From contig CAJULF010000006.1 in the NCBI GenBank assembly GCA_910587135.1, forward strand, positions 8,518 to 72,517: a DNA stretch of 64,000 nucleotides, given 5' to 3'. The translations under genes and the position numbers were made by a program. The DNA comes from an uncultured Oscillospiraceae bacterium (lineage in GTDB: Bacteria > Bacillota > Clostridia > Oscillospirales > Ruminococcaceae). Below, in pieces: positions 20,375 to 29,198 of the stretch. The notes under the pieces are model-generated. The model did no database searches, had not been told where the DNA came from, and saw only the letters and a program-made list of their open reading frames with translations. Numbering within the stretch: the stretch's first letter is position 1; each line of letters starts with the position of its first letter.

Positions 20375-21925
20375 ATGAAGCTGTCAAAATCAACAAAAAC
20401 GGTTATTATAGCGGCGGGAGTGCTGCTGGTACTGGGAGTGGTGCTGATGGTGCTGCTGCTCACCAAGCCGGCGGTTGAGGAGGAATCCGAAGATTCTTCC
20501 TCCGTTCCCGACACTTCCGTGACGGTGACCGATAAAGAGCCGGAGGACGTGCAGTCTCTTACCGTGAAAAACGAAAAGGGAGAGTTTACGCTTGACCGCG
20601 CTGAGCGCGTAGTTACTTCCACCGATGAGGAAGGGAACATATCTTCCGAAACGCAGGTATACTGGACAAGCGGGGAGCTTCTCGGGGTCGCGCCCAACGA
20701 TACGTCGATAAGGGCGTTTGTAAACAATATGGCGGGACTTTCCACAAGGGAGCTTGTGGAAGAAAACGCGGAGGATTTGGAAAAATACGGTCTGGAGAAC
20801 CCCTCGGCGCAGGTCGAGGTGGAGTTTACGGACGGAAGCTCCGCTTCGCTCTGCTTCGGGATACAGAATCCCGCGGCGACAAATTTCGCATACTTCCGCC
20901 TTGCGGACAGCCGCGACGTTCATCAGGTGAGCTATTATTCGGTGGGCAGCGCGTATAATGATATCAGAGATTTTGCGTCGCTTACCATGACGGAGGGCTA
21001 TTCCCAGAACGACCCCAAGGAGCTGGACTACCTCATTATAGAGCGCAAGGACTTTGAAGAGCCGGTGGAGATACGCTTCATGTTTGATGTTGCCGAGGCG
21101 GCAGAGGACGAGGACGCAATAATCACCACCTTCAATTCACACCGCTTCATATCGCCCATAAACACCGAGGTGGATTCGGTAAAGGGGCAGACCCTGTGCT
21201 ACGGCGTATACGGGCTGTCCATGGCTTCCTGCCTCTCGCTTGAGCAGACAGAGGAGAATATGGCTGAAGCGGGGCTGGACGATCCCTATTGTAAGGTGAC
21301 CTTCAAATACGGCGGAAAACGCCGTGTGCTGCGGCTTGGCAACGAGATAGTCCAAGTCACCGAATCCGAAACCGAGGGAAATCCCGCGCTTACAACGGTT
21401 ATCGGCTATTATGCCATGATAGAGGGTGTGGAGGGTATATACGCGATAGACAAGGACAGCGCGCCGTGGTATACCTTTACGCTTGACAACGTAATGAGCC
21501 GCCGTCCGATATCCCCCTACATCTACACGGTGGACACGCTTGAAATAACCACGGAGCAGGGCAGTTATCTCTTTAAGATAGAAGGCGACGCTGACAGCAA
21601 CACGATTACCTGCAACGGTGAGGAGGTAAAGGCGGACGGATTCAGAAAGCTGTATCAGTATCTCATTACTTCTATCGGCGAGGAGCTTTATTTTGAGGAG
21701 CAGAGCGATCCGTTCATCACACTTAAATTCACCTATCGGGAGGGGTACGAGGACACCTACGGCACGACTCAGGATGTGATAGAGTTCTATCGCTCCGATG
21801 ACCGCAATAGCATTATTGCCGTAAACGGCACGGTGCTTTTCAAGGTTCGCGAGGTCTATACCGACCGCCTGCTTTCAAATCTTCAGGCTGTTATTGATGG
21901 CGGCGAGGTGGAACTTAATTTCTGA
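20375..21925 (+). CDS. DUF4340-like membrane-anchored protein
   Basis: N-terminal TM, 'LEKYGLENP' / 'AGLDDP' repeats; usual fourth gene of Gld-like ABC operons. Confidence 0.75.
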   Translation: MKLSKSTKTVIIAAGVLLVLGVVLMVLLLTKPAVEEESEDSSSVPDTSVTVTDKEPEDVQSLTVKNEKGEFTLDRAERVVTSTDEEGNISSETQVYWTSGELLGVAPNDTSIRAFVNNMAGLSTRELVEENAEDLEKYGLENPSAQVEVEFTDGSSASLCFGIQNPAATNFAYFRLADSRDVHQVSYYSVGSAYNDIRDFASLTMTEGYSQNDPKELDYLIIERKDFEEPVEIRFMFDVAEAAEDEDAIITTFNSHRFISPINTEVDSVKGQTLCYGVYGLSMASCLSLEQTEENMAEAGLDDPYCKVTFKYGGKRRVLRLGNEIVQVTESETEGNPALTTVIGYYAMIEGVEGIYAIDKDSAPWYTFTLDNVMSRRPISPYIYTVDTLEITTEQGSYLFKIEGDADSNTITCNGEEVKADGFRKLYQYLITSIGEELYFEEQSDPFITLKFTYREGYEDTYGTTQDVIEFYRSDDRNSIIAVNGTVLFKVREVYTDRLLSNLQAVIDGGEVELNF

Positions 21926-21987
21926 TCTCCCGCGGCGGGCAAAAAATCCCCCCATAACGGGGAGCAGATATAAACGGAGGTATTATA

Positions 21988-22260
21988 ATGTCAGAGAGCA
22001 ATTTCTTCTATTACAGGGGCTATCCGCTTATTCGCAGCGGCGATACCATATTTTACGGCAGCGGCGGTGATGAATACGCGGCAAGACTTACCATAAAAGA
22101 CACCCGCAAAATAAATGACCTCGACGTGCCAAATAAGATAATGGTGCAGCTTATCCCTAAAAATCCGCTTAATATGGGCAAAGCAAGAAAAGGTGAGTTT
22201 ATCGGATTGTATGAGGCGCTGGACACAGCGCATGTGTGGATAACCGAAGCAATATTCTGA
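21988..22260 (+). CDS. Hypothetical protein (90 aa)
   Basis: GGAGGT RBS; terminator follows. Confidence 0.8.
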   Translation: MSESNFFYYRGYPLIRSGDTIFYGSGGDEYAARLTIKDTRKINDLDVPNKIMVQLIPKNPLNMGKARKGEFIGLYEALDTAHVWITEAIF

Positions 22261-22268
22261 ATATTGAA

Positions 22269-22297
22269 GCCCCCGAACCGCAAAACGGTTCGGGGGC
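22269..22297 (+). terminator. Terminator-like hairpin, directly abutted by a family 1 element
   Basis: gcccccgaaccg-caaaa-cggttcgggggc perfect 12-bp stem; no U-tract follows because the element starts at 22299. Confidence 0.7.
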
Positions 22298-22298
22298 C

Positions 22299-22492
22299 CA
22301 GTCTGTATAAAAAGCCTATTTGCCGCGCACTGTCGGCGCATGAAATTTCAAAAAGTCGTGCGTTTGCAAACGCAAACGCGAGCGGTTTCCGCTAAGCATG
22401 CGTAGTGCAGCAAAGCTGCACGGAGTATGCTTAGTGGAAATTTTGAAATTTTTTAAATAACCCGCTCTAAGTCAACCTTTATATACAGTCTG
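22299..22492 (+). mobile_element. MITE family 1, copy A
   Basis: Ends cagtctgtataaaaag / cctttatatacagtctg; conserved 'cggcgcatgaaatttcaaaaag' and 'gaaattttgaaatttttt' blocks. Confidence 0.85.
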
Positions 22493-22687
22493 TGTCGGAA
22501 TTTGCGAAGCAAATCCCGACCGTTTCCCGCAATCGCGCGGAGGTGGTTTTGCGCAATATGCGCGTGGCTGCTTGTTGAGTTTTGCAGCTGTTTGCGCAAA
22601 ACCCCGCGCTGCTAACGGCGCGGGGTTGTGGGAATTTTTAAATTTTTTCAGATAATCAGCCTTAGGTCAACCTTTAAACACAAACTG
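22493..22687 (+). mobile_element. MITE family 1, 5'-truncated tandem copy
   Basis: tgtcggaatttgcgaagcaaat.ccgac module as at 35233 and 61111; right end ggtcaacctttaaacacaaactg. Confidence 0.75.
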
Positions 22688-22700
22688 ATTTCGGACGTGT

Positions 22701-24215
22701 TTATTTTTTCTTTTTTGAGAATATCGGCTCGTTTCTGCGGCCTTTTTCACGTTCGCGCTGCGCCTTAAGACGCTGCTCACGCTCGGCGGAAAGCTGCTCG
22801 AGCTTGTTTTTGCTTCGCTCCGCCATATCCAGAAGCATAAGCTTGTTGTTAAACGAGGGCTTATCCAACACTATCTCAAACAGCACATTGATAAGCTCAT
22901 CCGCTTCACGCTCACTGTTCACCAGTCGACGCTCTGTCAGGTCGCGCTTGGTTACCGCAAGCTGCCTTATGTCGTAGCACTCGCCTGTGTCCAGTATTTC
23001 GTTCAGCGCTGTCAGCGCGCCGCGCAGCCGCTTTACGTCAGCGGTTTCGGCATCCTCCTTTTTTGCGCGGTTGTCTGCAATCTCACACTGCAAAAGCCGC
23101 TTGAGATCCTCCGCGCCAAGCTCCCTTATAAGAGCTTTAAGCTCCTTGCGGTCGTCGGGAATATCCACATCATGATGGAATACAAGCCAGCTTATTTCCT
23201 CCGAAAGATCTCTGTCAAATTCCAGCCGCCGCATGATACCCTCCGCCAGCAGCCGCCCGCGCTCGGCGTGCCCTCTGAAATGTCCGTTGCCCCTGCTGTC
23301 AAGCGAGAAGCAGTCCGGCTTTCCCAGATCGTGAAACAGCATTGCGAAGCGAATTGCGGGTTCGGGCAGGGCAAACCCCACGGAACGCGCAATATGCCCC
23401 CACACGTCGAAATCATGATATTCCGAGTGCTGCTCGAAGCCCATGCAGGGTTCTATTTCCGGCAGTACATACTTTAAAATATTTCCATACTTCTCAAGCA
23501 CTCTCGCCGCAAATTTTCCCATAATGATACGCGAAAGCTCCTCGAATATTCGACCCGATTCCGCGTACTCAAAGCAGCTGACGTTCTGCTGCATTGCCGA
23601 TTGCGTTGCTTCGTCTATCTCATACTCGTCCTCCGCGCAGTAGCGAATGGCCTGAAGCAGTCTCCACGGCGCTATGGTGAAGCTGCGCGACATATCGTAA
23701 TAGCTTTCCGCGTCGGATTCTCCTCCGCGGCTTTTGCGTTCGTCGCGGCTTTTCCTTTCGTCTTTTGCACTCGGAGTTACGGTTTCGCCGATAGCAACCA
23801 CACGCTTGATATCGCCCGTAAGGCAGCTTTTTCCTCCATAGGGATCGATAAGCCCTGTCCGCGGCGAATAAGCCATTGCATTCATGGTGAATCCGCGGCG
23901 GAACAAATCGGTTTCAAGGTCTTTCGCATACATGACCCTGTTTCCGACGACCTCTCGGCGGTACGGCGATACTTGTATTATCATTCCCACCACGGTGACC
24001 AGTATCTCTCCGCGCTGCATTCCCTCGTCAGAGATACGATAGTCCCTGAACGCGAACAGAATGTCGTTTATCTCCGCGTTTGTCACTATATCAAAATCCT
24101 GCGGGCTGTTCCCGAGCACAAGCTCCCTGACGCACGCGCCCACTATATACGCGTCAAAACCCGCGTTTTCAAGCTGCTCTATTGCTTCGTTCACGGGCTG
24201 TGGTAAAATAATCAT
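22701..24215 (-). CDS. CCA-adding/poly(A) polymerase-like nucleotidyltransferase with HD domain; NTase motifs degenerate
   Basis: GACVRE, DFD, RRGFTMNAMA head domain; HD module 'LFHDLGKP...GHAERG'. Confidence 0.85.
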   Translation of the reverse strand: MIILPQPVNEAIEQLENAGFDAYIVGACVRELVLGNSPQDFDIVTNAEINDILFAFRDYRISDEGMQRGEILVTVVGMIIQVSPYRREVVGNRVMYAKDLETDLFRRGFTMNAMAYSPRTGLIDPYGGKSCLTGDIKRVVAIGETVTPSAKDERKSRDERKSRGGESDAESYYDMSRSFTIAPWRLLQAIRYCAEDEYEIDEATQSAMQQNVSCFEYAESGRIFEELSRIIMGKFAARVLEKYGNILKYVLPEIEPCMGFEQHSEYHDFDVWGHIARSVGFALPEPAIRFAMLFHDLGKPDCFSLDSRGNGHFRGHAERGRLLAEGIMRRLEFDRDLSEEISWLVFHHDVDIPDDRKELKALIRELGAEDLKRLLQCEIADNRAKKEDAETADVKRLRGALTALNEILDTGECYDIRQLAVTKRDLTERRLVNSEREADELINVLFEIVLDKPSFNNKLMLLDMAERSKNKLEQLSAEREQRLKAQREREKGRRNEPIFSKKKK

Positions 24216-25087
24216 ACAATCACTTCCTTACGATATTTTAATATCTCAAATGCCGTTTCCACGGTGAATTTATCATGCTCTTCAAAATAAGAATACAGCC
24301 TTTCGCTGTCCTTGGGGGAGGTCTTGTAGTAATACGGGGTCATCATAAACAGCGCGTTCAGCGTGGATTGATCGGTGATCTCCGACTCCCCGCGGATCTC
24401 ATCTTTCCCCAGAAAGGTAAACCCATTGACAGTATAGGGCTTCACCTCGTTGTAATAAGGCTTTTCGTACAGCAGTTTTTTCAGGGCGAATAAATGTTCC
24501 CTCGCAGGAATAACCATAATAAGGCAGCCCCGGGGATTAAGTATCCTCAGCAGCTCATCACCGCAAAGCGGGGCGAAAATAACCGTAGCCAAATCAACCG
24601 AACCGCTTTTGAGTGGAAGTCTGAAAATGCTTGCCGCCGCAGGGTAGACAGCTTTTCCCGTAAATCTTGGCTTTGCGGCGGAGAGCGCGTTCTTGCTGAT
24701 GTCCACCGCGTAAATTTCGGGGGAGGATTTTTCCGTCAGCGCTTCATATATTCCCGCCGTATAGTAGCCCTCGCCGCAGCCGCAGTCTGCCACGGTCGGG
24801 TTTGCCATGCCGTCGGTCAGTTCAGCGGCGGCAGCGCATACACCGTCGAGCAGGGGCTTGTATGCTCCCGTGTTCAGAAACTCCCGCCGAGCAGCCGCCA
24901 TTTCCTTGCTGTCACCCGGGTCTTTGACGTTTTTGTGTTGAGCCAATAGAAGATTTACATATCCCCGCGCCGACACGTCAAAGCTATGATTCCGAGGGCA
25001 TTTCAGCGCACCGCCGACTCGCCTGAGCAGCGCTGAGTTTTCATTGCGCCCCTGCTCTGTGCATACGGGGCATATAAATTGATCCAT
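24212..25087 (-). CDS. RlmA-like 23S rRNA m1G methyltransferase
   Basis: CPVC...C..NHSFD zinc finger, GYVNLL, DCGCGEGYY, MTPY. Confidence 0.85.
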   Translation of the reverse strand: MDQFICPVCTEQGRNENSALLRRVGGALKCPRNHSFDVSARGYVNLLLAQHKNVKDPGDSKEMAAARREFLNTGAYKPLLDGVCAAAAELTDGMANPTVADCGCGEGYYTAGIYEALTEKSSPEIYAVDISKNALSAAKPRFTGKAVYPAAASIFRLPLKSGSVDLATVIFAPLCGDELLRILNPRGCLIMVIPAREHLFALKKLLYEKPYYNEVKPYTVNGFTFLGKDEIRGESEITDQSTLNALFMMTPYYYKTSPKDSERLYSYFEEHDKFTVETAFEILKYRKEVIV

Positions 25088-25110
25088 TTTTTCTCCTAAA
25101 TTGGGTTGAT

Positions 25111-25863
25111 TCAGTTAATCTCATAAAGCATATATTCGGCAAACTCCCTTAAAACCTCCGCGGAGATGTCCAGTGGAAAAGCCGAATCATTCCGATAGCT
25201 TTCGGCGGCGGCATTCACCAAAGGCGCGTATTTTTTCGGGAGATTTTCCGCCGCCCACTCCGCGCCGCCCGCCTTTGACAGTACCTTGTTTTCGCGGACA
25301 AATGCTGCGGCGCGACACAGATTAAGTATAAAATAAATCGGTTCGTCGGCGATGTCTGACACGGAGTTACCCACATCATACATTATGCTGTCCAGAAAAT
25401 ACTCCCGCTTTACTTCGCCGAAAACCTCATTTACCGGCTTTCCATACAAAGTCTGCCCTACCGCCTTGATTACCGTAAAATGCGCCGCAAGATCCTTGTC
25501 CGTTCCGTGCATACTTCGACAAAATTCTTCGGGATTTTCAAGAAACCGCTCTCTGTGCGCTGCGGAATAATGCAGCTCAAACGGAGTCGGATAAACAAAT
25601 TCCCGACAACATTCCTCGTAAACCACGCTCATCTCGATGCCCTTTGCGGGGCATTCCGAATGGTTTTCCAACGCTGTAAGCGCCGTGATATATTCGACTT
25701 TTTCCTTTGCCGAAACAGGCGAATTTATAATCGCAATAAAATCAATATCGCTTTTATGGGGATTAAAGCAGCCGAACGCCGCCGATCCGTGTAGATATAT
25801 CCCCGTGAGCTTCATGCCGAAAACATTTCGCGTAAGCCCGACTATATCGTCTAAAATAAACAT
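25111..25863 (-). CDS. Aminoglycoside adenylyltransferase-like nucleotidyltransferase (DUF4111/ANT-like)
   Basis: YLHGS...SDID Pol-beta NTase motif; 'PTPFELHYS', 'DKDLAAH', 'LNLCR...LSK'. Confidence 0.8.
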   Translation of the reverse strand: MFILDDIVGLTRNVFGMKLTGIYLHGSAAFGCFNPHKSDIDFIAIINSPVSAKEKVEYITALTALENHSECPAKGIEMSVVYEECCREFVYPTPFELHYSAAHRERFLENPEEFCRSMHGTDKDLAAHFTVIKAVGQTLYGKPVNEVFGEVKREYFLDSIMYDVGNSVSDIADEPIYFILNLCRAAAFVRENKVLSKAGGAEWAAENLPKKYAPLVNAAAESYRNDSAFPLDISAEVLREFAEYMLYEIN

Positions 25864-25900
25864 ATTTTACTTATTTTAAAAATTTTTCGCGACCCGACCG

Positions 25901-26110
25901 CAAAAACTCCGCAAGCTCCGTTTTCACGGTCTCCCGCGAAAAATTTGCCGCATGGGCGGGCAGCGGTTCACGGCTTTCAGCGACAAAAACTCCGCAAGCT
26001 CCGTTTTCACGGTCTCCCGCGAAAAATTTGCCGCATGGGCGGGCAGCGGTTCACGGCTTTCAGCGACAAAAACTCCGCAAGCTCCGTCTTCACGGTCTCC
26101 CGTGAAAAAT
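25901..26110. repeat. 83-bp tandem repeat, about 2.5 copies, in the 5'UTR of the minus-strand operon
   Basis: Units start at 25901, 25984 and 26067 (caaaaactccgcaagctccg...); first two identical. Confidence 0.95.
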
Positions 26111-26188
26111 TAGCTGCGTTGACGTACAGAGATCCTCTGCATTCAGCGCTTTTGATTTTTTGCTTGCCGAGCAGCATTTGTTTATTCT

Positions 26189-26217
26189 ATTATATACCAT
26201 TTTACTTACATATTCAA
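26189..26217 (-). promoter_or_regulatory. SigA promoter of the ANT-like/rlmA-like/NTase operon
   Basis: TTGAAT-17 nt-TATAAT on the minus strand. Confidence 0.65.
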
Positions 26218-26306
26218 GCCCCTAAACGAAAATGATATTTGTGCAAAATTCATAAAAACGATTACAACATTTGTACATCTTTCGGAAAAAAACATGAAAA
26301 AAGTGC

Positions 26307-26335
26307 TTGCATTTTGAGCAAATTTACTATATAAT
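26307..26335 (+). promoter_or_regulatory. SigA promoter of the EF-G paralog
   Basis: TTGCAT-17 nt-TATAAT. Confidence 0.65.
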
Positions 26336-26573
26336 AAAATTATGATGTTTTGGAAATTGGTGATTTTTAAGGAATCGCAGATCAAAGCGAGGCGTAACGC
26401 GATCGGCATCGTGAGTTCTCTCGCATGAACGGGGCGATTGTGTTTTTATCTGCGTTTCCTTAAACATCAGATAGATGTCGCAGATTGCCCGAACGTCAAA
26501 TTTAACAAGTTTAACGGCTTTTTCCGCATTTACGCGGAAATATTTAGCAGCTTAACTTACGGAGGTAAAGCAA

Positions 26574-28595
26574 ATGAAAACATTCACAGCCGACAGCATC
26601 AGAAATATAGTTCTCACCGGTCACGGCGGGAGCGGAAAGACTGCTTTAGCGGAAGCAATGCTTTTTAAGTGCGGTCTTACCGACAGAATGGGCAATACAG
26701 CCGACGGTAACACCGTCTGCGATTTCGACGCGGAGGAGATCCGCAGAAAAATCTCGATAAATGCTGCCGTAGCGAATGCTGTGTGGTTTGACACGAAGAT
26801 CAACATTATCGACGCTCCCGGTCAGTTTGACTTTATAGGCGGTATGCATGAGGGCATACGCGCTGCGGAGAGCGTCATAATAACCGTAAACGGAAAGGAC
26901 GGGGTTTGCCCCGGCACGATAAAGGCATACAATCTTGCCGTAGAGCAGAACAAGGCGCGCATGCTGGCGGTCACCTGCATGGAGGTTGAGAACAGCGACT
27001 TCTACCGCGTTCATACCGAACTTAAGACCGTTTTCGGTCCTTCGATCTGTCCTATTGTTGTTCCGTATGACAAGAACGGTCCTGTTGAGGCTTACATAAA
27101 TCTTATCACCATGAGGGCGTACAAATACGACAAGAACGGTATTCCCACCGAAGTGGATATGCCTGCGTCAGAGAACCGCATAGCGGGTCTGCGCGCGGCG
27201 ATGGCGGAGGCTGTTGCGGAAACCAACGAGGAGTTTATGGATAAGTTCTTCAGCGGCGAGGAATTTACGCAGGATGAGCTTGTAAAGGGTATTCACGACG
27301 GTATAGCGAACGGCGCTATCACCCCCGTTGTATGCTGCGCAAACGATACGCTGTCCGGCGTTGATATGCTGCTGGATTCGGTTGTAACCATGCTTCCGTC
27401 CCCAAATGAGAGAAAGCTCGAAAAGGTTGACGGCGAGTTGATTGAGTACGATGAGAACAAGCCTCTTAAGGCGGTTATCTTCAAAACGGTAGCCGACCCG
27501 TTTGTGGGAAAGATAAGCTATGTAAAGGTTGTTAGCGGCAAGCTCAGCGCCAAGAGCGAGATAGTAAATACTGCGGGAGAGCCGCTGAAATTCGGCAAGC
27601 TGGTAACGGTTGTCGGCAAAAAGCAGGAGGAGGTCTCCGAAATCTGCGCGGGCGATATCGCGGCGGTTACCAAGCTGGACTGCAATACCGGCGACACACT
27701 TTGCGATCCCTCCGATACAAAGGCTCTGGAAGGGATAACCTTCCCGAAGGCGTGCTACTTTATGGCTGTGACCCTTAAGGGAAGCGGCGACGAGGGCAAG
27801 CTCTCCAACTCCATTAAAAGGCTTCTGGAGGAGGACAGGACGCTGGAGTACATCCACAACCATGAAACGCACGAGCGCGTTATCGGGGGCTTAGGCGAAC
27901 AGCACCTGGACGTTACCGCAACCAAGCTCAAGAGCAAATTTGGTATTGATGTGGAGCTGAAAGCTCCTAAGATCGCTTACCGCGAGGCTATCCGCAAAAA
28001 GGTCACTATCGAGAGCAAATACAAAAAGCAGTCGGGCGGTCACGGTCAGTACGGTCATGTTAAAATAGAGTTCTCGCCCTGTGACAGCGACGAGCTTATT
28101 TTCGAGGAGAAGATAGTCGGCGGCTCTGTGCCGAAGAATTTCTTCCCCGCGGTTGAAAAGGGACTTGCCGAGGCGGCAGAGAAAGGCTCTATCGGCGGTT
28201 ATCCCGTTGTAAGGGTAAAAGCGACGTTAATAGACGGAAGCTATCACCCAGTTGACAGCTCGGAAATGTCCTTTAAAACAGCTTCGTCCATGGCGTTCCG
28301 CGACTGCATGAAGCAGGCCGAGCCTTACCTTCTTGAGCCGCTTCAGAGCTTTAAGATACTTGTTCCGGACGACAAGCAGGGCGACGTTATGAGTATGCTT
28401 TCCAAGCGCCGCGGTTCGGTTCTTGGTATGAACAGTGTCGGCGGCGGCATGACGGAGCTTGCCGCGGAGGCTCCCGAAGCGGAAATGCAGGATTTCGCAC
28501 TGGTTCTCCGCCAGATAACACAGGGTCTGGGCGAATTTACCGCCGAGTTCGCACGATATGAAATGCTTCCTGCAGGCGCGGAGGTAAAGGGATAA
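26574..28595 (+). CDS. Elongation factor G-like protein (EF-G2 type paralog)
   Basis: GHGGSGKT, GLGEQHL, KKQSGGHGQYG, GSYHPVDSSEMSF; not in the str operon. Confidence 0.92.
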   Translation: MKTFTADSIRNIVLTGHGGSGKTALAEAMLFKCGLTDRMGNTADGNTVCDFDAEEIRRKISINAAVANAVWFDTKINIIDAPGQFDFIGGMHEGIRAAESVIITVNGKDGVCPGTIKAYNLAVEQNKARMLAVTCMEVENSDFYRVHTELKTVFGPSICPIVVPYDKNGPVEAYINLITMRAYKYDKNGIPTEVDMPASENRIAGLRAAMAEAVAETNEEFMDKFFSGEEFTQDELVKGIHDGIANGAITPVVCCANDTLSGVDMLLDSVVTMLPSPNERKLEKVDGELIEYDENKPLKAVIFKTVADPFVGKISYVKVVSGKLSAKSEIVNTAGEPLKFGKLVTVVGKKQEEVSEICAGDIAAVTKLDCNTGDTLCDPSDTKALEGITFPKACYFMAVTLKGSGDEGKLSNSIKRLLEEDRTLEYIHNHETHERVIGGLGEQHLDVTATKLKSKFGIDVELKAPKIAYREAIRKKVTIESKYKKQSGGHGQYGHVKIEFSPCDSDELIFEEKIVGGSVPKNFFPAVEKGLAEAAEKGSIGGYPVVRVKATLIDGSYHPVDSSEMSFKTASSMAFRDCMKQAEPYLLEPLQSFKILVPDDKQGDVMSMLSKRRGSVLGMNSVGGGMTELAAEAPEAEMQDFALVLRQITQGLGEFTAEFARYEMLPAGAEVKG

Positions 28596-28601
28596 GATAG
28601 T

Positions 28602-28961
28602 ATGGCTGATTATGTAAAAACATTCACTACCGATAAATACGTTGAAGTATGCTTTTATATCGAAAATGAGAACATTCTTGCCGTTGGTGAGAAAATGAAC
28701 GAGGTCGACGAAAACGCCTATATGAACGGCTATAACTGGGAAGCGTTTTTCAATTGCTATCTGGCTAAAAAAGTTCCCGAGCTGATGGAAGGCATGAAAA
28801 CCGACCCGGAGGCGGGAATGTATGTGGCGTATTATGATATCTCAAAGGAAAATGAGGCAAAGGCGGAACGCTTTGCGGATATAATTATCTCCCTTGTTGA
28901 AAACGAGGAGGAGCTTTATAGTTTCCTGCGTGAAAACGGTGAAGAAATCGAATGGGATTAA
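28602..28961 (+). CDS. Imm51-like immunity protein
   Basis: 'MNGYNWEAF' and 'DPEAGMY' motifs; acidic 119 aa. Confidence 0.7.
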   Translation: MADYVKTFTTDKYVEVCFYIENENILAVGEKMNEVDENAYMNGYNWEAFFNCYLAKKVPELMEGMKTDPEAGMYVAYYDISKENEAKAERFADIIISLVENEEELYSFLRENGEEIEWD

Positions 28962-28978
28962 GTTGCATAATTAAGAGC

Positions 28979-29004
28979 GGGCTGCTTCCGGTGTGAAGCA
29001 GCCC
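28979..29004 (+). terminator. Terminator-like hairpin
   Basis: gggctgcttc-cggtgt-gaagcagccc. Confidence 0.55.
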
Positions 29005-29132
29005 ACGGCTTTAATATACGATGTGTTATTTGAAATTTTTATATTATGCTGTTTTGAAGCGATGACGCAGCACTGTAACGCTTTTCCGCCATGCAGTTTT
29101 AAAGCGTATAAGCATTTATTTCCCAAAAGCCC

Positions 29133-29161
29133 TTGACAATGGCACAAAATTGTGTTAAAAT
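29133..29161 (+). promoter_or_regulatory. SigA promoter of aroF
   Basis: TTGACA-17 nt-TAAAAT with TG. Confidence 0.75.
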
Positions 29162-29198
29162 ACAATAAGTGTGAATAGAGTTAAGGAGATAAAGAAAA

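Noticed and set aside
25901..26110. Possible CRISPR array
   Set aside because: Units are contiguous 83-bp duplicates with no unique spacers, and no cas genes are present
26574..28595. Canonical fusA or TetM-like ribosomal protection protein
   Set aside because: Not in the rpsL-rpsG-fusA-tuf context, G motifs diverge from EF-G1, and the N-terminus is not TetM-like
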